Positions 57,990 to 64,000 of a DNA stretch of 64,000 nt are shown piece after piece. The notes below the pieces were generated by a model. The model saw nothing but the letters and a program-made list of their open reading frames with translations, was not told the DNA's origin and ran no database searches. Source of the stretch: an uncultured Gammaproteobacteria bacterium (GTDB lineage Bacteria > Patescibacteriota > Patescibacteriia > UBA2196); contig CAYSXS010000003.1 of NCBI GenBank assembly GCA_964435065.1, positions 767 through 64,766 on the forward strand, given 5' to 3'. A program made the position numbers and the translations under genes. The first letter of the stretch is position 1. Each line of letters starts with the position of its first letter.

Positions 57990-59285
57990 TTATAAATGTT
58001 CATAATCTCTCATAACCAACTGAGAATCAATCTGTCTAACAGTTTCAAGAACAACTGATACAACGATCAATAATGAAGCTCCAGATAAAGCAACATTTGC
58101 AACACTTTGACTGCCTTGGAATATGAACGAGATGATTAGAGGTAAAATAGCGATCAAAGCTAGAGATAAAGCACCTGCTAACATAATCCTATTTGAAACC
58201 TTAGCTAAATATTCTGCTGTTTGTCTTCCTGGTCTCATACCTGGAACAAAACCGCCTTGTTTCTGAAGATTATCTGCGATTTGTTGAGGATGAAAAATGA
58301 CAGCAGTATAGAAATATGTAAAACCAAATACTAATATAAAATATGTTAACCCATACAATATGCTTTGTGGATTAAAGTTATCTACCAAAAATTGAGCAAT
58401 TGCTCGTAAAAATCCTGAATCAGAATTCACAAAAAATTGACCAATAATCGGAGGCAACATTACTATTGAAATAGCGAAAATGATTGGAATCATTCCTGCT
58501 TGATTAACCCTCAAAGGTAAATGAGTTTCAAAACCACCATACATCTTATTCCCTCTCACCCGCTTTGCATACGATACCGGAATATGCCGCTGTCCTTCTG
58601 TGACAATAACAATACCTGCTACTGTTAGGATAATAATAGCTAGGAAACCAATTAAGAAAGGCAATTCTGTTGTTGAAAAATTAACAAATACATTACGTAA
58701 TGCACCAGGAATTCCAGCCACAATACCAGCAAAAATGATTAAAGAAACACCATTACCAACTTTCTTTTCTGAAATTAACTCACCAATCCACATTAAGAAT
58801 ATTGTACCAGAAGCTAAGATGGCTATAGTTGTAGCATACTGTATATTTGTAAGATCACCAATAACACCAGCTCCAGATTGCTGTAATAACTTAATCATTG
58901 CAAAGCCTTGTAAAATAGCTAAAGGAACTGTTAATAGTCTAGTATATTGACTTATCTTCTTAGTACCAGATTCCCCTTCTTTAGAAAGCTCTTCTAAAGC
59001 AGGTACAATCATAGTTAATAACTGCATGATAATAGAGGAAGTAATATATGGACCAACACCAAGAGCAACTAATGAAAAGTTCTGCATTGCACCACCAGAA
59101 AATATATTCAAAAACCCTAAGATAGATGAAGATGAAAACAAATCCTGTAAAGCCTTAACATCTACTCCAGGAACTGGAATATGTGCTGTAATTCTGAAAA
59201 TGATAAGCAAACCTAAAACATATAGAATAGATTTTCTTAAATCATGATCTTTCCAAATTTGATATATTTTTCCTACAAATTTCAT
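57990..59285 (-). CDS. secY: Preprotein translocase subunit SecY
   Basis: HIPVPG, LGVGPYITSSII, GNGVSLIIFAGI, PIIFA. Confidence 0.98.
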   Translation of the reverse strand: MKFVGKIYQIWKDHDLRKSILYVLGLLIIFRITAHIPVPGVDVKALQDLFSSSSILGFLNIFSGGAMQNFSLVALGVGPYITSSIIMQLLTMIVPALEELSKEGESGTKKISQYTRLLTVPLAILQGFAMIKLLQQSGAGVIGDLTNIQYATTIAILASGTIFLMWIGELISEKKVGNGVSLIIFAGIVAGIPGALRNVFVNFSTTELPFLIGFLAIIILTVAGIVIVTEGQRHIPVSYAKRVRGNKMYGGFETHLPLRVNQAGMIPIIFAISIVMLPPIIGQFFVNSDSGFLRAIAQFLVDNFNPQSILYGLTYFILVFGFTYFYTAVIFHPQQIADNLQKQGGFVPGMRPGRQTAEYLAKVSNRIMLAGALSLALIAILPLIISFIFQGSQSVANVALSGASLLIVVSVVLETVRQIDSQLVMRDYEHL

Positions 59286-59294
59286 TTTGTATGA

Positions 59295-59789
59295 TTATTT
59301 TTTATCTTCTTGTTTAGGTTCAGTTTTTTCTTCTTTAACCTCTTTAACTTTCTTTTCCTCTTTTATTGTACCGCCAACTTTTTCGATTTTCTCTTTAGCT
59401 GTTTTTGAAACAGTACAATCCTCTATTTGTAATTTTACCTTAATTTCACCATTTCCCAAAATCTTAACACCTCTTTCAATTTTATCTACTAAACCTTTTT
59501 CTTTTAATATTTTTGGTGATATTTTATCATTATCTTTAAATTTTTCATTCAAAATATCTAAATTCAAAATATCTGGTTTTGCATTACGTGATTTAAAACC
59601 TCTTACTTTATGGGTTTGTTCAATAAGCTGTCTCATACCAAGACGTTTCAAACCTGAAACACCTGAACGAGATTTCTGTCCCTTCATACCTTTACCACTA
59701 TATGAGCCTCGTTTACCGCCACGACCAATTTGTTTCTTATTTTTCGTACTGCCTTTAGTGGGATGAATTGTGTGTAATGATAATGTCAT
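59295..59789 (-). CDS. rplO: 50S ribosomal protein L15
   Basis: GRGGKRGSYSGKGMKGQKSRSG, VKILGNG. Confidence 0.95.
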   Translation of the reverse strand: MTLSLHTIHPTKGSTKNKKQIGRGGKRGSYSGKGMKGQKSRSGVSGLKRLGMRQLIEQTHKVRGFKSRNAKPDILNLDILNEKFKDNDKISPKILKEKGLVDKIERGVKILGNGEIKVKLQIEDCTVSKTAKEKIEKVGGTIKEEKKVKEVKEEKTEPKQEDKK

Positions 59790-59794
59790 ATTTT

Positions 59795-60331
59795 TTAGCT
59801 TTTCTTTTCTTCTTTAATATCTTCTATTTTCTTTTCAACTTTTTTCTTTTCTTTTAATACAGGCAAACTCTTTAATGCATTATATGTAGAAACTACATAA
59901 TTAATTTTGTTTGCACTTTTACCAATCATTTTACCTACAATATTTTCAATACCTGCTAAATCTAAAACAATTCTAACTGGGCCACCAGCTTTAACACCAG
60001 TACCAACTGGTGCTGGTTTTAACATAATTTTAGCAGATTTAAACTTTGTTCTAATTTCAAAAGGTATTGTTCCAAATTTAGTTAAAGAAACATTGATTAA
60101 CCTCTTTTTAGCTTTTTCAACAGCTTTAGTTACAGCAATTGTTACATCCTTACCTTTACCTACACCATAACTAACTCTTCCTTTTTTATCACCAATAACA
60201 ACAAGAGCGCGAAAACTTAATTGTTTTCCACCTTTTGTAACTCTTGTTACACGTGCTAAGTCAACCATCTTTTGTTCAAATTCTGGTTTTTCACGTTGTT
60301 TTTCGGGTCTTCTATTGTTTCTTCTTTGCAT
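59795..60331 (-). CDS. rpsE: 30S ribosomal protein S5
   Basis: RVTRVTKGGK, PAPVGTGVKAGG. Confidence 0.97.
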   Translation of the reverse strand: MQRRNNRRPEKQREKPEFEQKMVDLARVTRVTKGGKQLSFRALVVIGDKKGRVSYGVGKGKDVTIAVTKAVEKAKKRLINVSLTKFGTIPFEIRTKFKSAKIMLKPAPVGTGVKAGGPVRIVLDLAGIENIVGKMIGKSANKINYVVSTYNALKSLPVLKEKKKVEKKIEDIKEEKKS

Positions 60332-60343
60332 ATTGTTATATTA

Positions 60344-60700
60344 TTAAAATTTTAAACCACCTTCTCTAGCTCCTTCAGCTACAGATTTAACTCTACCATG
60401 ATACTTATATCCACTTCTATCAAAGACACATTCTTTAATCTTTTTTTCTACAGCTTTTTCAGCTATACTCTTACCTACTTCAAAAGCTATTTCTGTCTTG
60501 TTTTTCTTATCTAATTTCAATTCCTTTTGATAAGTACTTACTAAAGTTTTACCAATTGTATCATCAATTAATTGAAGATTAATATTCTTTAAACTTCTAA
60601 AAACTGTTAGTCTTGGTCTTTTTGCTGTACCAGAAAACTTAGCTCTTGCTCTAGCTTTTCTTCTTTGTTGTTTTTTAATTTTAGCTATTTGTTTATTCAT
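60344..60700 (-). CDS. rplR: 50S ribosomal protein L18
   Basis: [21 protein letters not shown]; start at MNKQI. Confidence 0.97.
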   Translation of the reverse strand: MNKQIAKIKKQQRRKARARAKFSGTAKRPRLTVFRSLKNINLQLIDDTIGKTLVSTYQKELKLDKKNKTEIAFEVGKSIAEKAVEKKIKECVFDRSGYKYHGRVKSVAEGAREGGLKF

Positions 60701-60707
60701 ATGTTTT

Positions 60708-61253
60708 TTAAGCAGCACTCTTAGCTTGTTTCCCAGCTTTTCTAATAATAACCTCATCCATATATTTAATACCTTTACCTTTATATGGTTCTGGTTTTTT
60801 AATTTTACGTATCTGAGCTGAAATTTCACCAACTCTTTGTTTATCATTTCCAGTTACAGTAATAACATTCTTTTCAATAGTAATATCAATATCTTCTGGA
60901 ACATCAAATATAACAGGATGAGAATAACCAACATTTAACGTTAACTTCTTACCACTTATTTCAGTACGATAACCAACACCATTAATTTCAAGTTGTTTTT
61001 GGTAACCTTCTGTTACTCCAATAATCATATTTTCAATCAATTGTCTTGTTGTTCCCCACAAAGATCTTTCCAACTTGTTACTCTCATTCTTTACAGAAAC
61101 ATCTACAACACCATCTTTTATAGTAACAGTAACCAAAGGATGAATATCTTGTTTTAATTCACCTTTAGGTCCTTTAACAGTAACTAAATTATTGTCGATT
61201 TTAACTTCGACTTTATCTGCAATCTGAATTGGCTTTTTTCCTACTCTAGACAT
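60708..61253 (-). CDS. rplF: 50S ribosomal protein L6
   Basis: [23 protein letters not shown]. Confidence 0.97.
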   Translation of the reverse strand: MSRVGKKPIQIADKVEVKIDNNLVTVKGPKGELKQDIHPLVTVTIKDGVVDVSVKNESNKLERSLWGTTRQLIENMIIGVTEGYQKQLEINGVGYRTEISGKKLTLNVGYSHPVIFDVPEDIDITIEKNVITVTGNDKQRVGEISAQIRKIKKPEPYKGKGIKYMDEVIIRKAGKQAKSAA

Positions 61254-61257
61254 ATAT

Positions 61258-61689
61258 TTAATATATTTCACAAATTACTTCTCCACCAACATTTTCTTTC
61301 TTGGCTTGTTTGTTTGTCATCAAGCCTTTTGGTGTAGAAATTACTGCAATCCCCCAACCATTCAAAACACTTGGTAAATCATCTTTAGTAACATAGATAC
61401 GTCTACCTGGTTTAGAAATTCTTTTTAAACTCTTAATTTTTGGTTGATTATTTGTGTATATGATATTTAATTTAATTCTATCAAAACGTAAATTCTTTTC
61501 TTCGCTGATTTTCTTACTTTTAGTTGGTATTCCTTTTACAACTTCTACATTAGAAATCCAGCCTTCATTTTCTAAAAGCTTTAAAATATTTAATTTTAAT
61601 TTTGAATATGGTAAAAACACCTCAGGTTTTTTAATCATCTGAGCATTTCTTATTCTTGTTAACATGTCTGCTATTGGGTCTGTAAACAT
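61258..61689 (-). CDS. rpsH: 30S ribosomal protein S8
   Basis: DPIADMLTRIRNA, ISKPGRRIY, GGEVICEIY. Confidence 0.97.
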   Translation of the reverse strand: MFTDPIADMLTRIRNAQMIKKPEVFLPYSKLKLNILKLLENEGWISNVEVVKGIPTKSKKISEEKNLRFDRIKLNIIYTNNQPKIKSLKRISKPGRRIYVTKDDLPSVLNGWGIAVISTPKGLMTNKQAKKENVGGEVICEIY

Positions 61690-61705
61690 AATATTTTAAA
61701 GTTAT

Positions 61706-61891
61706 TTACCAGCTACTTTTCTTTACTCCTGGTAATTCATTTCTATTTGCTAATTCACGAAAACAAATTCTACACATATCAAAATCACGCATGTATGCAT
61801 GTCTTCTACCACAACGCCAACATCTTCGTACAATTCTTGTAGAAAATTTTGGTTTTTTGTTAGATTTTGCTATTTGTGCTTTTGTAGCCAT
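61706..61891 (-). CDS. rpsN: 30S ribosomal protein S14 type Z
   Basis: [22 protein letters not shown]. Confidence 0.97.
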   Translation of the reverse strand: MATKAQIAKSNKKPKFSTRIVRRCWRCGRRHAYMRDFDMCRICFRELANRNELPGVKKSSW

Positions 61892-61900
61892 AAATTTAAT

Positions 61901-62443
61901 TTATTTTTTCTTAAAAGGAAAACCTATTAATTTTAACAGTTCTGTTCCTTCTTCTTTATTCTTAGTACTTGTAGTAATTACTATTTCTAAACCGTGAACC
62001 TTTTCAACCTCATCTGGATTAATTTCAGCAAATGCTAGATTTTCTTTAAACCCTATTGTTAAATTACCACTTCTATCTATTGATTTTAAAGATAATCCTC
62101 TAAAGTCCCTAACACGCGGTAAAGTAATATTAATCAATTTCTCAACAAAATCATTCATTCTTTGTTTGCGTAAAGTAACTTTTGCACCAACAACATTACC
62201 TTCTCTAATTTTAAAAGAAGATACTGACAATTTGGCTTTAGTAAATACAGGTTTTTGGCCAGTAATTCTAGTTAAAGTATTTTCTACTAATTCTAAAAAC
62301 TTATCATCTCTTTTATTAGCTGAAATACCAACATTTAAAGTTACCTTTTCTATTTTAGGAACAGCTAGACCATTCTTGTATCCAAACTTTTCCTGCATAG
62401 CAGGTATAACCTCTTTCTTAATTTTTTCTTTAAAATTATTCAT
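61901..62443 (-). CDS. rplE: 50S ribosomal protein L5
   Basis: ITGQKP, LPRVRDFRG. Confidence 0.97.
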   Translation of the reverse strand: MNNFKEKIKKEVIPAMQEKFGYKNGLAVPKIEKVTLNVGISANKRDDKFLELVENTLTRITGQKPVFTKAKLSVSSFKIREGNVVGAKVTLRKQRMNDFVEKLINITLPRVRDFRGLSLKSIDRSGNLTIGFKENLAFAEINPDEVEKVHGLEIVITTSTKNKEEGTELLKLIGFPFKKK

Positions 62444-62445
62444 AT

Positions 62446-62802
62446 TTAAAATATATTCTTACATTTTTTACAAATTCTGGTTTTCTTTTCTTTAGAAACC
62501 TCACTCTTACCTTCTCTAATTTGATATCCAACTCTAGTTGGTTTACCACATTTTGGACATACAATTTGAACATTTGAAACATCCATAGGTGCTGGGAACA
62601 TAATACGTTGTCCAGATTCACCACCCTTTTTAGGTCTCAAGTGCTTAAATCGTAAATTCAAACCTTCAACAACAACCATTTGACTTTGTTTTCTTCTTGT
62701 TTTAGCTGAGCTTGCAGGAGTTATCAATTGTAAAACCTTACCAGTTTTACCACTGTCTTTTCCTTTCAAAATCTTTACGTTGTCGTGTTTTTTAATTTTC
62801 AT
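62446..62802 (-). CDS. rplX: 50S ribosomal protein L24
   Basis: GKDSGKTGKV, VVVEGLN, CPKCGKPTRVG. Confidence 0.95.
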   Translation of the reverse strand: MKIKKHDNVKILKGKDSGKTGKVLQLITPASSAKTRRKQSQMVVVEGLNLRFKHLRPKKGGESGQRIMFPAPMDVSNVQIVCPKCGKPTRVGYQIREGKSEVSKEKKTRICKKCKNIF

Positions 62803-62806
62803 AAGA

Positions 62807-63178
62807 TTACAATACTTCTGGTGCTAATGATACAATTTTATTAAAACCTCTAGCTCTTAATTCTCTTGCAACTGGTCCAAAGATACGTGTTGCTTTTGGC
62901 TCTTTTGATTTAGTATCTACAATTACTCCTGCATTTTCATCAAATCTAACATAGATACCACTTGCACGACGAACTTCTTTTTTAGTTCTAACAATAACAA
63001 CCTTAACAATCTCACCTTTTTTAACATTACAATGAGGTTGGGCTTCACGAACAGTACATGTAACAATATCACCAACTGATGCAAATCTTCTTCTGTATCC
63101 ACCAAGTACCTTAATCACACGTAGCTTTTTAGCTCCGGAATTATCAGCGACTTTCATTTGTGACATTAATTGCAACAT
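62807..63178 (-). CDS. rplN: 50S ribosomal protein L14
   Basis: [25 protein letters not shown]. Confidence 0.98.
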   Translation of the reverse strand: MLQLMSQMKVADNSGAKKLRVIKVLGGYRRRFASVGDIVTCTVREAQPHCNVKKGEIVKVVIVRTKKEVRRASGIYVRFDENAGVIVDTKSKEPKATRIFGPVARELRARGFNKIVSLAPEVL

Positions 63179-63181
63179 ATA

Positions 63182-63451
63182 TTAGTAAATTACCTTCCAC
63201 ATTTTATCTTTAGAAATTGGTCTACATTCAATAAATCTAACTGAATCATTTATTTTAAACTGATTCTTTTCATCATGAACCTTATATTTTCTAGAAACTG
63301 TATATCTTTTTAAATATCTTTTATGCAGTTTTGTTCTATCAACCTTAACAACAATGGTTTTATCCATCTTATCTGAAACAACAATACCAGTAAAAGTTCT
63401 TTCAATCTTTTTCTTAGTATCTTTATTTTGATTATCTTTTTTATCTGTCAT
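63182..63451 (-). CDS. rpsQ: 30S ribosomal protein S17
   Basis: GIVVSDKMDKTIVV, ECRPISK. Confidence 0.97.
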   Translation of the reverse strand: MTDKKDNQNKDTKKKIERTFTGIVVSDKMDKTIVVKVDRTKLHKRYLKRYTVSRKYKVHDEKNQFKINDSVRFIECRPISKDKMWKVIY

Positions 63452-63456
63452 AAAAA

Positions 63457-63657
63457 TTATTTATCTTCGTTATTTTTCTTTGAATTAAGAACTGTAAGAA
63501 CTTGAGCAATTGACTTTCTTGTCTCTCTAACATCTCTAACTTTCTTAAGTTGCTTTTGTGATACTTTAAAATTTAAATCACGCAACTTATCTCGTAAGTC
63601 TTTCAACATTGTTTGTAATGCTTCTTTTGATTTATTTTGTAGTTCTTTAATCTTCAT
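63457..63657 (-). CDS. rpmC: 50S ribosomal protein L29
   Basis: MKIKELQNKS, RKSIAQVLT; position in operon. Confidence 0.95.
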   Translation of the reverse strand: MKIKELQNKSKEALQTMLKDLRDKLRDLNFKVSQKQLKKVRDVRETRKSIAQVLTVLNSKKNNEDK

Positions 63658-63658
63658 A

Positions 63659-64000
63659 TTATTTACTTACTACCTTTGATTTAACTGGTAATTTATATCC
63701 AGCTAAACTTAAACCTTTTCTTGCTTCACTTTCTGGAATACCACCTACTTCTAATACTACTGTACCTGGTTTGATGTTTATAACATAATGGTCAAGAGCA
63801 CCTTTACCTTTACCCATCTTTTGTTCACTACCATGCATAGTAATTGGTTTATCTGGAAAAATTCTAATCCACATTTTACCTGATTTTCTAGTATATCTTA
63901 CAACTACTCTACGAGCAGCCTCAAGCTGACGTGATGTAATTCTACTTTCTGTAGTTGCTTTTAAACCATATTCACCAAAACTGACTTTGTTTGTACGCGA
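63659..64000 (-). CDS. rplP: 50S ribosomal protein L16 (5' end outside window)
   Basis: FGEYGLKA...RQLEAAR...WIRIFPDKPIT...MGKGKG. Confidence 0.96.
   Translation of the reverse strand, partial: SRTNKVSFGEYGLKATTESRITSRQLEAARRVVVRYTRKSGKMWIRIFPDKPITMHGSEQKMGKGKGALDHYVINIKPGTVVLEVGGIPESEARKGLSLAGYKLPVKSKVVSK

Noticed and set aside
60701-60847. N-terminal extensions in the ORF track for rplR (also rplF, ileS, mscS, AbiEi, GNAT, 34182, 48329)
   Set aside because: They overlap upstream genes or promoters; downstream ATGs fit family N-termini or SD positions better.
870-63105. Many short antisense or off-frame ORFs in the track (e.g. 1199-1573, 15393-15878, 23838-24347, 54905-55417, 59287-59766)
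   Set aside because: They lie opposite or within well-supported genes and read as Ser/Phe/Ile-rich shadow translations with no motifs.
1-64000. tRNA, rRNA, T-box or riboswitch elements near the five synthetase genes; integrase or transposase
   Set aside because: No cloverleaf, T-box or recognisable aptamer was seen by eye, leaders are very short, and no recombinase motifs appear in any ORF; a cmscan run would be needed to exclude them fully.

Overview
AT-rich bacterial chromosome segment, almost all genes on the minus strand. It is very likely from a Patescibacteria/CPR (Parcubacteria-like) genome: rpmD/L30 is missing between rpsE and rplO, DUF5663- and DUF5667-type proteins and a membrane-anchored Clp ATPase are present, and translation starts are AT-rich with no Shine-Dalgarno (SD). 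The backbone is housekeeping: rmuC, tatD, metG, rsmI, glyQS, tgt, recO, ileS, scpAB, aspS, asnS, MscS, a P-type ATPase, a surface-glycan cluster, map, adk, secY and the spc/S10 ribosomal protein genes. Two MNT-HEPN toxin-antitoxin pairs and one AbiE pair are inserted into it. Three signals stand out. (1) A dispersed class of genes (796, 13623, 34095, 44414/45441, 48389/49392) carries SD sites, boxA-like leader motifs and usually its own sigma70 promoter and terminator, unlike even the ribosomal protein genes. Several encode diderm-type envelope proteins (T9SS/FlgD-type C-terminal domain, lipoprotein, OmpA-like plus beta-barrel), as if formatted for expression in a host cell. (2) An ECF sigma promoter motif is repeated with identical spacing inside the putative anti-sigma gene, just upstream of an internal signal peptide. 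(3) Recombination scars join the ends of diverged alleles of core genes: a 28-aa AspS-N/AsnS-C chimera, and a GNAT that begins with the first 8 residues of the next gene. No tRNA, rRNA, CRISPR array or transposase was recognised. All family calls come from motif recognition, not database searches.
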